A DNA stretch of 63,971 nt, the filler included, from Octopus bimaculoides (taxonomy: Eukaryota): the NCBI RefSeq assembly GCF_001194135.2. It is 6 parts of 6 records of this genome, joined end to end, with 100 filler letters (N's around TTAATTAATTAA, not from the genome) between each part and the next. Parts side by side here need not be neighbours in the genome. Positions count along the whole stretch, not along the records: positions 21,983 to 30,805 come from NC_068983.1; positions 30,906 to 48,635 come from NC_068993.1; 4 more parts are not named here. The stretch is one strand, 5' to 3'. Of the stretch, positions 24,155 to 36,869 are shown one piece after another. Both the position numbers and the translations under genes were made by a program. The notes below the pieces were generated by a model. That model ran no database searches and was not told the DNA's origin. It worked only from the letters and a program-made list of their open reading frames with translations. The stretch's first letter is position 1, and each line of letters begins with the position of its first letter.

Positions 24155-25042
24155 CAGGGTAGGTGAAGAGTAAGTAGGCATTAAAAATTGGTAATAAAAT
24201 CCATGTTCTTTTTACAAATTTATTGCAACAAATGATGCATGTTCTTTATTACATGGGAAAATGAGAGTAAACCTTTATATTTCAATGTAAGTACCGCTGG
24301 CATCAACCAGTTTCTTCAAACAGCCAAGGATGGAATGAACAACCTTCTGAAAGACGCCATCTAGGATATCATTGAAGACCTCCTGAATCTGTGTCTCCAA
24401 GTCTTCCAGTGTGCGAGGTTTTGTCTTGTAAACTTCCTCTTTTGTGTAACCCCACAGGTAAAACTCACATGGAGTGAGATCTGGACTTCTTGGAGTTCTG
24501 GACTTCTTGACTTCTGTGGTCACAGTCTTCAGGTTTTAGCTCCTGCATGTAATGGGGTTTTCATGGACAAAGATTCAATTCTTTATGCAAAACCATACAT
24601 ATTGTATATCTTGTTAGTCCACTTTCACGAGCTGCTTGACATGTTGATCTTTGTGTGCTGTGATTAAACATTTCCTGCACTGTTGCCACAGTCTCTACTG
24701 ATTGGAATGTGGTTGGACGGCCACTTCTTCTTGTATCATTCACAGAGCCTGTAGTCATCAGCTTTGCATGACAACTCATTTTTTGATGTCTCCAGACATA
24801 GTATTGCATACTTACTTTTCCATGCATGTCACCATCTCTGAACCAAACAATAGAATTCCACACTTCGTAGCATGCTGCTATCTTAGCTTGCTCCTGAACA
24901 AACGACTGGCCATCTGGAAAATAAGAAAATAAGAAATCCCCATTAATGTTGTCTGTTTAAGAAAATGTTTTTGTCATGGCTTCAGTGATACTAAAAATTC
25001 TATAATCAATTTCTAATGTCTAGTTACTTTCCACCCACCCTG
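24155..25042 (-). mobile_element. Internally deleted Tc1/mariner DNA transposon, 888 bp
   Basis: 28-bp imperfect TIRs CAGGGTAGGTGAAGAGTAAGTAGGCATT and CAGGGTGGGTGGAAAGTAACTAGACATT with TA on both sides. The N-terminal HTH (TGSVNDTRRSGRP) is joined almost directly to PRSPDLTPCEFYLWGY..KEEVY. Confidence 0.92.
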
Positions 25043-25130
25043 TATATGTAAACATACATATCAGTAAGTGTGTGTATTTCTTTATGTTTAATGAAAGAGA
25101 GAAAAGATATAGTTTTATTGTCAATATATA

Positions 25131-25390
25131 GGAGTAGCTTTGTGGTTAGAAGCTTGCTTCCTAATCGCATGCTTCTGGGTTCAGTCCCACTGCATGGCAT
25201 CTTGGGCAAGCTTGACAACCGGTGTTGGTGTATTTATGTCCCTGTAACTTAGCATTTCAGCAAAAGAGACTGATAGCATAAGTACCAGGCTTAAAAAGAG
25301 AAAGTGCTGGGGTTGATCCATTCAACTAAAAATGCTTCAATGTGGTGCTCCAGTATGGCCACAGTTTAATTGCTGAAATAAGTAAACGAC
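25131..25390 (+). mobile_element. SINE family A with central deletion
   Basis: The head is joined directly to the tail at cttgggcaag|cttgacaacc. Confidence 0.85.
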
Positions 25391-26096
25391 AAAAAAATAA
25401 CAAATATAAGACATGAATATATATTGTATTTTTAGCCAATCACAGTTTGGCATGAATACTTTCTGAGCTCATCTGATTGGATCTGGTGCTTTCAACCAAA
25501 AATCACTCGAACAGACTAAACTCACATACACATACACCCACAAACCTGCATGCCTTCACATTTGTGTAAGTCTTATATACAGATGTCTTGGTATTATTGC
25601 ACACACAAACTTACATTCACAAACACATGCATCTGTATATGAGTTGATATATATGTATTTATCTAGTTGAGATATATGTTCACCTGTGTAAATTAATAAC
25701 TAGGTATGTAGATAAATATGTATATGTGTGTGTGAGTGTATGTGTGTGTGAGTGTATGTGTGTATATGTATACATTTATATGTACATACATACATATGTA
25801 TATACATATAAATGTATATATATACAAACACATACACATATATATATTTATTTACATAAATATGTATGTATCTATGTATACAATATGTATACATAGGTAC
25901 ATATATAGATATGTATGTATCTATGTATACATATTGTATACATAGATACATACATACACAAATATATATCATATATGTATGCACACAAACATATATATAC
26001 ATATATATATAAAAATGTATATAAAAGTATATTTGTCATCATCATCATTATTTAATGTCCCTTTTTCAGTGTGTGTGTGTGTGTATATGTATATAT

Positions 26097-26179
<83 letters not shown>

Positions 26180-26361
26180 TATGTATGTATGTATGTATGT
26201 ATGTATGTATNNNNNNNNNNNNNNNNNNNNNNNNNNNNNNNNNNNNNNNNNNNNNNNNNNNNNNNNNNNNNNNNNNNNNNNNNNNNNNNNNNNNNNNNNN
26301 NNNNNNNNNNNNNNNNNNNNNNNNNNNNNNNNNNNNNNNNNNNNNNNNNNNNNNNNNNNAT

Positions 26362-26406
<45 letters not shown>

Positions 26407-26479
26407 CACACATACAGAGAAAAGGGGACATTAAAGGATGATGATGATGATGACATAAATATACATTATATATATATAT

Positions 26480-26572
<93 letters not shown>

Positions 26573-26867
26573 TATTGTACATGCTACTGTGCCAGTGTGA
26601 CAACAATGAATGATATTTTGAATATCCAATTTATCATGTAATAAACTAGATATATTTAGAATGACTATATTAATATCTACATTTCTATCAGTCTATCTAT
26701 GATATTTTGACATGCTACAAATGTAAATATTGAAATAAGTTTGCTATAAACCATGTTTTCGTATTCAGACATGTTTGGTAGCTTGTACTTCTGTTTCATG
26801 TACATTATTAATTCCAGTGTATTGTATATTGCTGGCTTTGTGCCTGAATTAGAAACTATTACATGCA

Positions 26868-27057
26868 TACAGATGCAGCTGTGTGGTAAGAAGTTTTCTT
26901 CACAACCTCATGGTTCTGGGTTCAGTCCCACTGTGTGTCACCTTGAGCAAATATTTTCTATGTCTCCCGGTGGACCAAAATCTTGCAAGAGGATTTGGTA
27001 GACAAAAACTGAAACAATCCAATCATATAAGTCTCTGTGTGTATGTGTGTGCAGGGT

Positions 27058-27099
<42 letters not shown>

Positions 27100-27347
27100 A
27101 CATGAGAGTATGTTTGTGTCTCCTTGTCTTGACATTGTGTGATAGTTGTAAAATGTTTGTCCCAATCATATAAACCATGTCATTTATTTCCAATCTTGTC
27201 TGGCCATGGGGCAATATTACCTTGCTTGGAAACAGGTGAGCATTGGCAACAGGAAGGGCATCTGGCTGTAAAAAATCTGTCTTGGTAAACTTTATCCAAC
27301 CCATGCAAGCATAGAAAAGGGGAGACACTATAATGATGATGATGATT
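26868..27347 (+). mobile_element. SINE with family A head and alternative (GAT)n LINE-type tail
   Basis: Family A head at 26868-27030, then a microsatellite, then a tail at 27110-27347. Confidence 0.75.
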
Positions 27348-27355
27348 ATATATGT

Positions 27356-27416
<61 letters not shown>

Positions 27417-27705
27417 GAAAGAGAGAGAGATAAAGAGAGATAGAAAGGAAAAAGGCAGAAGACAAAAGAAAAATTAATTTATCTTTCAATATAAATTTAT
27501 ATCATTGGTTACCCACCACTCACTACACCCAACCCTATACCCAATTTTTATTGCTGTTGCCTGCTTCCCCCTCCTCCTCCTCCTATTTCCCTTCCTCCTG
27601 CTCCCCATACAAGTTTGTAAACTCCTGACACACCCCACCCACCCTCTTCTACTCACCTCCTACCATGGGAGGCCACCAAGATACCTTTCTCTTTGCAGCA
27701 CCTAC

Positions 27706-27820
27706 TGATCATTCTTGCCTTCTCTTCTAAATGTAAATATCTATGCAGCTCTTCTGCAACCACTTGCTCTGCTCCGACCTCTTTGTTCTGGATCATAATG
27801 CCAATCTTGCCTGTATGGAT
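27706..27820 (-). CDS. Candidate 115-nt internal exon of an unidentified gene
   Basis: Acceptor ttaaatttttgtAG, donor CA|GTAGGT, purine-rich. Frame 0 is open: IHTGKIGIMIQNKEVGAEQVVAEELHRYLHLEEKARMI. No homology recognised. Confidence 0.3.
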
Positions 27821-29297
27821 CTACAAAAATTTAACATCAACTGAATTGATATCCTCAGGTTGTAAAAAAACAAATAAAGATTATGGGGTCAGTCACCCCT
27901 CCACTGGTTAATTAATTATAAAAAATAATCGATGAAAGATTTGTGTTATTGTCACTATTTAGTCCCAGGTCAGCCCTGGTCAAGAAGACTTATGATCAGA
28001 GGCATTCTAATTGTGACAATCCCATATTTTTGTGTATTTTATCTATGAGCATGGAAGCCAGGGATACATTAACCATAGTGTTGTTATTGCCATTTGGCCC
28101 CCAGATCAGTTCTGATCAAGAAGATTTATGATCAAAGGCATTCCATTCACGACCATCCCATCTTTTTATTTATTTTCCCTATCTGCAGGGAATCCAAAGC
28201 TTACATTATCCAATGTGTTCTTTGCCAAGTCAGAGGTGTGTAATTTAAGAGAAATTTAGTTGCTATTTCTGGCAAGGTGAATGACCATATAGAGACTTTC
28301 TTGGTCGGCTTGATGAATTAAAGGTCATGATAGATTATAAGAGCCAACACATACAAGAACTAGTAGGCTACTTAACTCTTTCATTTTTGTTACAAAGGAT
28401 AATTTTCTTCTGACCTCGTTCATTTATAAAGGAATTCTCATTATTGTCACAAATAATTTTATTATCAAGATATATTGTTGGAGTCCACGTAGAATTATAT
28501 TTTAAGTATATGCCTAAGGTGATCTTACACTTAATACCATTTCTTCTCTATCTCTCTCCTTCCATTTCTATCTCTCACCCTCTCTCTCTTTCTCTCTCTT
28601 ACACGCACACATACAGATTCTGAAGCTCATGATAAGAACATAATTCAAACATAAAATGAAATTTAAGATATGAAGAATTTGGTAGAAACCATATAATCAT
28701 GCATTGCATCTCTCACCCAATCCCACCCAATAGTACTCATACTTCTAAGCTAATTCAGCTACATTCTGATTAAAATTACTGGACAGTGTCCAGATAAAAG
28801 CATATCACGTTTAGATGTTCCCTGCTATATTTGTAACAGCTCAAAGTAATTGACCTGGTTATGATATTATGGTTATCAATATCTCACTGTGGTAATTAGT
28901 CAGCTCTTTGTCTTCATGATTGGTTCAGCTTGTTGTGAGTAATAAGCAATGGTGAACTAGTCGAATTGTATCAACTTTTGAGGATCTATTCTCAACCATT
29001 CTTCTCTGCTTTATTGGAATTATTCCCGGATCTCTTCTCATTTGAAAATAATGAAACTACAGTGATTTTGTAATGGCTGATTAAAACTTTAACAAGTCTG
29101 CCAAATGCTGGCATTTAGTTAAAAGGATATTTAGTTTTGACTGATAATTTCTCATTTTATAAGCACTAGATCGGTGATTAAGAATGCTTTCAAAGTACTG
29201 GGCTTCTGTGATCTGAGTTCAAATCCTGTTGAGGTCAACTTTGCCTTCAATTCTTTCTTCTTTTTGGACCAATAAAATAAAGAGTTACATCATTATG

Positions 29298-29639
29298 GGC
29301 ACAGTATTGCTGTGTGATTAAAGAATCTTGCTTTTCAACTATGCAGTGTCAGATTGAGTTCCACTGTGTGGCATCTTAGGTAAGTGTCTTCTATGATAAC
29401 CCCAGGTCAACTAATGCCATTTGAGTGAATTTGGTAGATGAAAATAGTGTGGAAGCTCATCAAATATATGCATATAGGTGCAGGAGTGGTTGTGTAGTAA
29501 GAACCTTGCTTCCCACCCACATGGTTCCAGGTTCAGTCCCACTCCTTGGGCAAGAGTCTTCTACTATGGCCTCGGGCTGACCAAAAACTTGTGAGTGGAT
29601 TTGATAGATGGAAACTGAAAGAAGCCCATTGTATATATA

Positions 29640-29679
<40 letters not shown>

Positions 29680-30130
29680 TATATGAATGTATGCGTTTGC
29701 TATTTGTGTCAGTGTTTGTCTCCCCACCATCGCTTGACAACCGATGTTGGTGTGTTTACGTCCCCATCACTTAGCAGTTAGGCAAAAAGAGACTGATAGA
29801 ATAAGTACTAAGCTTACAAAGAATAAGTCCTGGGGTCAATTTATTCGACTAAAGGTGATGCTCCAGCATGGCCACAGTTAAATGACAGAAACAAGTAAAA
29901 GAGTATGTGTGCAGATGTGTATGCAAATGTGTGTATTTGATCATCACCACCTCTCACTGCTTGACAACAGATGTTGGTTTGTTTATGTCCCCATCATGTA
30001 GCAATTCAGCAAAAAGAAAAAGAGAAAATAATGCCCCGACATGTAGGCATGTACTGGGGTTGATTTATGCAATCTCATTCTTCAAGGCAATGCCCCAGAA
30101 TGGCAAGTCCAATAACTGAAACAAGTGAAA
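29298..30130 (+). mobile_element. Cluster of SINE family A copies (old head 29298-29465, full 29477-29904, old tail 29950-30130)
   Basis: Each matches the family A head and/or tail. Confidence 0.85.
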
Positions 30131-30737
30131 GTCAGAAGATATCTAATAAGCAGAAAGACCAGTTGAAATAACTGTTGGCTTCACATCTTAAAGAGTCTCG
30201 AGGTTTAAGACCACAACAAGTGATAGCACAAGTTCAGTGAGTTTAAAATGATTGATATTCATAAATGTTAGTGCAAGCCGAAAAAACAAACAGGTATAAG
30301 CTGAGATCTTCAGTGACATAGTTCTGTTATGTTTAGCAAGATATATGAGAAGTTGGATGCAGGTTATTTCACTTGATATTGAGGTATAGCATGCAAATGC
30401 AGATGAGAAGATGCTATTTTTTTTTTTAATATACGCAAAATGTAAATATAATATAGTGAAAATCAAAAGAACAGATATATATATATATATAATAAAACTA
30501 AAGATGGGAAAATAAAAAAATAAAAAAATAGAACTTGCAATAAAAATAAGCATAGCAAGAGATAATATATATATATGATCGAATGTGTGGCATAGTGACA
30601 TTTCCTGTTCAAATGCAAAGAATACAATACAGGCCAAAAATATATAAATCAATGCAAATAACAGAACGGATTTTAATATGGATGTTTTATTTTTATGAGA
30701 CACAGCTGCTCTTATACATCAGGAGTCACTCCTGATA

Positions 30738-30772
<35 letters not shown>

Positions 30773-30905
30773 TATATAGAAAAAAGAAATAATAAATGTA
30801 TATATNNNNNNNNNNNNNNNNNNNNNNNNNNNNNNNNNNNNNNNNNNNNTTAATTAATTAANNNNNNNNNNNNNNNNNNNNNNNNNNNNNNNNNNNNNNN
30901 NNNNN

Positions 30906-31160
30906 GGCGAACCCTGCTGTACTCTTTCACCACAACTTTCTCTCACTCTTTCTTCCTGTTTCTGTTGTGCCTGTATTTCAAAGGGCCAGCCTTATCACAC
31001 TGTGTCACGCTGAATATCCCCGAGAACTACGATTAGGGTACCCGTGTCTGTGGATTGCTCAACCACCTGCACGTTAATTTCACGAGCAGGCTGTTCCGTT
31101 GATCGGGTCAACTGGAACCCTCGACGTCGTAAGCGACGGAGTGCCAACAACAACAACAAC
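30906..31160 (+). mobile_element. SINE family C 3' part with (CAA)n tail
   Basis: ctgtatttcaaagggccagcc..gcacgttaatttcacgagcaggctgttccg..gacggagtgccaacaacaac. Confidence 0.88.
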
Positions 31161-31600
31161 GAATATCGTGTAATTATGTAGATGAAAAGCGTTGGTGAAA
31201 GGAAGAATTACTCTGGTACTCTGTTCGAAAAGTTGCGATTTGAAACTGTTGCTCTTGTACAGAACATAGACTTGGCGATCTAACAGATAGTTTGTCAGGT
31301 CAGCATTATCTTAAGGAGGAGTTGAGTATTTTTCTTCGTAGTTTTGTGAGAAGTGGAGTTTCTGGCTTTGCTGATGTCGATAGCTTTTAGAACGGTTCGG
31401 GTCGGAATTTATTTTTGGTAGTGTGTAACTCAGTACTGTGCATCGAGATGGGACAAAAAATGGTGCAGGTAAAGATTAGAAAGATCGAGTAAGGAGAAGC
31501 TTCTACACGATTGCTCGATCTACAAGAAATTGCAGCTAAGTCTTCCTTAAATGCTATCCTGCCGTCTTCAAAGAAATTGTTAATGGTAAATAAACTAATA

Positions 31601-32110
31601 TTGGTTTCAAATTTAGCTACAAAGCAAGCAAGTTCGTAGGAGGGATTAATTCTACCCCAGTGTTCAACAGTTACTTATTTCATCGACCCCGAAAAGATGA
31701 AAGGCAAAGTCAACCTGGGCGGAATTTGAACTCAGAACGTAAAAACAGGCGAAATACCACTAAGCATTTTGCCCTACGTGCTAACGATTCTGCCAGCTCG
31801 CTTGCCTGCAAAAGATAAACATTCCTTTCAAATTTTAGCACAATGCCAGCAGGTTCGGGTAGGGGACCTCAGTATTCAAGAGGTACTTATTTTATCGACC
31901 TCGATTGATGAAAGGCTAAGTCGACCTCGGCGGAATTTGAACTTAGAACATAAAGACTGACGAAATGCTGTTAAACATTCTGCCCGGCGATCTAACGATT
32001 TTGTCAGTTCGCTGCCTTCAAAGGATGATTTCAAATTTTGGCACAGGGCCAGCAAATTCGGCTCAGTGGGTAAGCCGATTACATCGACTCCAGTGTTTCA
32101 CTGGTACTGA
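31601..32110 (-). mobile_element. Tandem SINE family B copies (31601-31807, 31822-32018, partial 32026-32110)
   Basis: Repeated gaaaggcaaagtcgacctcggcggaatttgaactcagaacgtaaa motif, all in one orientation. Confidence 0.85.
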
Positions 32111-32146
32111 GCCATGGTATGGAGTAGTGATGTCTATTATAATGTA

Positions 32147-32361
32147 CGAGGGGTGTATAAAGTTCCTGGATTTGGGTAAAAGAGAATACAGGAGAATCAG
32201 TTAATTATGATTGAATTCAATCTATTCCTCTCTCAGATTCACACACTTATTGCAGTGGTCCTTCAGTTTTTCTTAGCCCAGTAAAAGAACTCGGAAGGTT
32301 GGGCCTCCAGCCAAGCCTTTCGCGACACCCTTAAAGCTAGGAACCTTTCAGCACTCCCTCG
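32147..32361. mobile_element. Mariner-derived MITE, 215 bp
   Basis: TIRs CGAGGGGTGTATAAAGTTCCTGGATTT and CGAGGGAGTGCTGAAAGGTTCCTAGCTTT flanked by TA. A second partial copy lies at 52558-52708. Confidence 0.82.
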
Positions 32362-32859
32362 TACAGTAATCTAATATAACGCAGTGAAGTTTAGTGCTGT
32401 GTGGTACGGCCTAATGTAGTGTGTCACAGACTAGTGTTATATAATATATTGCTGTGTAGTGTAGAGTTGTGATATGCCAAGGTGGTGCCCCAGAATGGTC
32501 GCAATCCACTGGAACAAGTAAAAGGTAAAATGTATCGGGAAAAAGGTAACTTGCCACTCGTTAATTATTATTCCATTATTCCAGTCTTCTAGTGTTCTTG
32601 GGGTCCGGTATACCAATATTTTTATAATGACCAATATTTTAAAATTATATTAGTTTCCTTAAAGAAAAGAAGAAATGGTTGTGTCCTTCCATCTGGCACA
32701 AAGTAAGGGCAATATCAGATTGTTATGGCTATTGCTGTTGTTGTTGTTGTTGTGAAATTGCACACCTCGGTACATGTGTACTGACATCAACAATCGACTT
32801 ATATGTCACCCTACCAGAGATGAGGGCACGTTGAACTCTACATATCCTGTCTTCACACG

Positions 32860-33078
32860 CATATATGCACACTCACTCACATACACACACACACATATAT
32901 ATACACTCATACACACGAATAATCTATCTCTCTCTCACCCCACCACACACACGAACACTCTCTATCGCACACACACATACACACACACACACACATACAT
33001 ATACAAGCATTCGAATAAATACTGTGCGTACGTAAACGTACATATTCACACTCATTCTTTCACTTACTCATTCTCACT

Positions 33079-33115
<37 letters not shown>

Positions 33116-33170
33116 ATATACGTGTGTGTGTGTTTGTGTTTCGTGCATATATACTTATACATACACACGG

Positions 33171-33214
<44 letters not shown>

Positions 33215-33938
33215 GTATGTATTCGCTTGCACACATATATGCACACACACACACACACACACACACATCCAGGCAGTTGCTACACATACACACTTTTTCT
33301 CTATCCCCTCCACACACCCTTAAACACGCACATACACACATACATTCACAAAAATACTCCCAAGCACACAACATGTATTGACACACGCGCGCACACACAC
33401 TCGCACATATTCACACACTCAAACACACACATACAGTCACACACACTCACACACGCATTCATGCACACACATACTCACACAACACATACTCACATATATT
33501 CGCACACTCACACGCACACACACAATTACACGTTCACACATCCACACACGCTCTCTCTCTCCCTCACACACACACACACGCTCCCACATATATTCACACA
33601 CTCAAGCTCACACACACACACACACACAAGATTACACATTCACACACACTCTCTCTCCCTCTCACACTTACACACGCACCCACACATATTTACACACTCA
33701 AATACTCACATATATTCACACATACACACACACACACTCACACATACATACGATTACACACTCACACATCCATTCTCCCTCACACACACACACACAAGAT
33801 TACACATTCACACATCCACACACACTCTCTCTCCCTCACGCACACACACACACACATACGCACCCACACATATTAACACACTCAAATACATATATTCACA
33901 CACTCACACACACACGGTTACACACACGATTACACACA

Positions 33939-33980
<42 letters not shown>

Positions 33981-33986
33981 TATTCA
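32860..33986 (+). repeat. Degenerate (CA)-rich low-complexity tract
   Basis: Read directly; includes (TCTA)n and recurring cacatatattcacacactcaa units. Confidence 0.9.
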
Positions 33987-34315
33987 NNNNNNNNNNNNNN
34001 NNNNNNNNNNNNNNNNNNNNNNNNNNNNNNNNNNNNNNNNNNNNNNNNNNNNNNNNNNNNNNNNNNNNNNNNNNNNNNNNNNNNNNNNNNNNNNNNNNNN
34101 NNNNNNNNNNNNNNNNNNNNNNNNNNNNNNNNNNNNNNNNNNNNNNNNNNNNNNNNNNNNNNNNNNNNNNNNNNNNNNNNNNNNNNNNNNNNNNNNNNNN
34201 NNNNNNNNNNNNNNNNNNNNNNNNNNNNNNNNNNNNNNNNNNNNNNNNNNNNNNNNNNNNNNNNNNNNNNNNNNNNNNNNNNNNNNNNNNNNNNNNNNNN
34301 NNNNNNNNNNNNNNN

Positions 34316-34865
34316 GGTGGTGTCAGTGTCGCAAAAGGTAGCGGTGGTAGGAGTAAGGATGGTTGTAGTAACAACGTTGGTATGCGTTGTGGTAGTGGTG
34401 ATGCTGGCGTTGTTGTTGCTGTTGTTGTTGCTGGTGGTGGCGTTGGCCATCGTAGTGGTCGTGTTAGTGGGTTGGTGTCGGTTTTAGTAGTGGCTGTGGT
34501 GGTGGTAGTGGTGGTAGTAGTGGTTGTGGCGGTGGTGGTGCTGGTGGTCGTAGTGACGTTGGTTGTGGTGCTGGTGGTAGTGTTGGTCGTAATGGTAATG
34601 GTAGTGGTATTGGCGTCAGTCTTTCGTAGAGGTGGTAGTGGTAGTGATGGTAATTGTGGTAGTTGTGTTGGAAGTAGCCGTGGTGGTGCCGCGTAAAGCT
34701 GATAGTTAGTAACATTAGAATCGGAATTGGTTGTGGTTTGGGTGATAGTATTAATGATGCAGTTGTTGTTGGTGGTCTTGAGTTTGGTATAGGTGTTAGT
34801 GGCGGCGGTAGTAGTTATGCTGGTGTTATCACTGGTAGCGATGGCGGAGGTGGCTGTGATATTAG
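34316..34865 (+). repeat. Degenerate GGT/GTA/GTT trinucleotide tract
   Basis: Read directly; abuts the tail of a minus-strand SINE B. Confidence 0.85.
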
Positions 34866-34871
34866 TTACGA

Positions 34872-36345
34872 ATCTTGGCACAAGAGCTGCAATTTCAGGT
34901 GACGAATAAGTCAAATACATCAACCCCAGTGCTCAATTGGTTTTTGTTTTTATCGATCTCGAAAGAATGAAAGACAAAGTGAACCTCGGCGGAATTTGAA
35001 CTCAGAGCGTAGAGACGGATGAAATGCCGTCAAGCATTTTATCCGGCGTGCTAACGATTTCCGCAGCTCGTCGCCTTAGAGGTGCTGGTTGAGATGTTCT
35101 TTTCTATTCTAGGCACAAGGCCCGTAATTAAATCCACCCCAGTAAGCAACTGGTACTTAACTTATCGACCCCCGAAAGGATGAAAGGCAAAGTCGACCTC
35201 GGCGGAATTTGAACTCAGAATGTAAAGACAGACGAAATACCGCTAAGCATTTCGCCCGGCGTGCTAACATTTCTGCCGGCTCACCGCCTTACTGGTTGAG
35301 ATATTGTTTGTTAATTTTGATGTTGTTAGTTATTGGTTACCGTTGTTGTTGCTGTTGTTGTTGTTGTTATTGTTGTTGCTGTTGCTGCTGTAGTTGTTGT
35401 TGATACTGTCGTCGTTATTTAGGGGAGGTGTCAGGTGTGGCCCCCCCCGAAAGTCAATCCCGATCGAATAGTCCTATTCCCTCGCAAGTACTGGGCCGAA
35501 AGACCCAATCTTCACCTCTTCACAGTTAAACACCACGATCCCGACTGGCTGAAGATGGTGCAAGGATGCAGCATGATAACCTAGACCTATTGTCGTTCCT
35601 CAACTATCCGGTCAATTTCTATAATCTCACAGACACTACAGTCTCCGACATTCAATGATAAATTGTGTGGAATACGGACTGATAGCCAAAAAACGTATTG
35701 CATTTGCTCCACAGTTCAGTAAATATTATTTATAAGCATTTTTTTTCTATAATAGGCACAAGGCCTGAAATTTTATGGAGAGGGTGTAGACGATTATATG
35801 GACTCCAGCACCCCACTGGTACGCGTTTTATCCACCTTAAAAGGACGAAAGGCAAAGTCGACCTCTGTAGAATTTGAACTCAGAACATAAACACGGACGA
35901 AATGCCGCAAAGCATTTTGTCCGGCGTGATAACAATTCTGCCAACTCGCCGTCTTTTTAAATATTGACATCAAATTCTGATACAAGGCTAACAATATCAG
36001 GAGAGGGATTAAATCGATTATATCGATCCCAGTGTTTATGGAGCTCAAAAGGTTGAAAGCAAAGTCGAGCTCGGCGGATTTTGAACGTGTTGTCCGGGGT
36101 GCTAACGATTCTGTCGCCTTTTTATATATTGCTTTCAAATTTTGGCTCAAAGGCAGAAATTTTGGAGTTAAAGGGCTTTTATCGGTTACATCGACCTTCA
36201 GTACTCAACTGGTATTTATTTCATCAACCCCAGAAGAACGAAAAGCAAAACCAACCTCAGCTGAATTTGGACTCAGAACGTGAAGACGGATAAAATGCCA
36301 CTAAGCATTTTGTCCGGCGTGCTAACGATTCTGCCAGCTTACCAC
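34872..36345 (-). mobile_element. Five co-oriented SINE family B copies (34872-35078, 35098-35290, 35744-35953, 35965-36120, 36133-36345)
   Basis: Each carries aaggcaaagtcgacctc..gaatttgaactcagaac..taagcatttt..gtgctaacgattctgcc or a variant. Confidence 0.88.
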
Positions 36346-36836
36346 CCTCTTTGTATTTGATACATTCACCATCGTCTAAGGAATTTTCCTTTAGGCTATT
36401 CCTTGCTCTAAGGTTGTGGGTCAGTTCTGTCCCTTTTCTTCTCCCAGCTTCAATGAGAATTACTCATCTAATTTTGTCCATCTTTTGGATATGTTACTCG
36501 ACACTGAGGACAATGGTTGTGTAGTCATAGCAGTTTTGGTACTTAATTGCTCTTGCTCTGTCGAGTCTCAAGAACAATTTATGATATACCCTACACGCAT
36601 CAATTTTGTACTAAAATTCTGTTTTTTTTTTACCTTTTTAGTGTTATTTATAGTAGTATTGTTGTGTGCCATATGTCAATGCCCTAAGTTTGGGGGCGGC
36701 TATTTTCAATAAAAAGCTTCAATAAAGAAAAATAATTGGTAAAACTTCTTCCTATATTATACAATGTCGCATGTTCACACCACACATATGTATCTGTATA
36801 AATATATATGCATACATATATACATAAAGATATACA

Positions 36837-36869
<33 letters not shown>

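Noticed and set aside
30188-30703. 171-aa multi-TM-looking ORF
   Set aside because: The F/I/L/Y richness is what T-rich DNA produces, it contains microsatellite, and I recognise no motif.
30718-30736. atcaggagt-c-actcctgat palindrome
   Set aside because: It is a short single hairpin at a microsatellite edge with no further structure to support a function.
32774-34696. 640-aa ORF and overlapping His/Thr-rich ORFs
   Set aside because: These are translations of (CA)n microsatellite plus an N-run. The same applies to most ORFs containing HT, VC, YI, ER or X runs.
33904-34923. Mucin-like Thr/Pro-rich ORF on the minus strand
   Set aside because: It is a trinucleotide tract growing from a SINE B tail, starts inside the SINE and has no splice or signal context.
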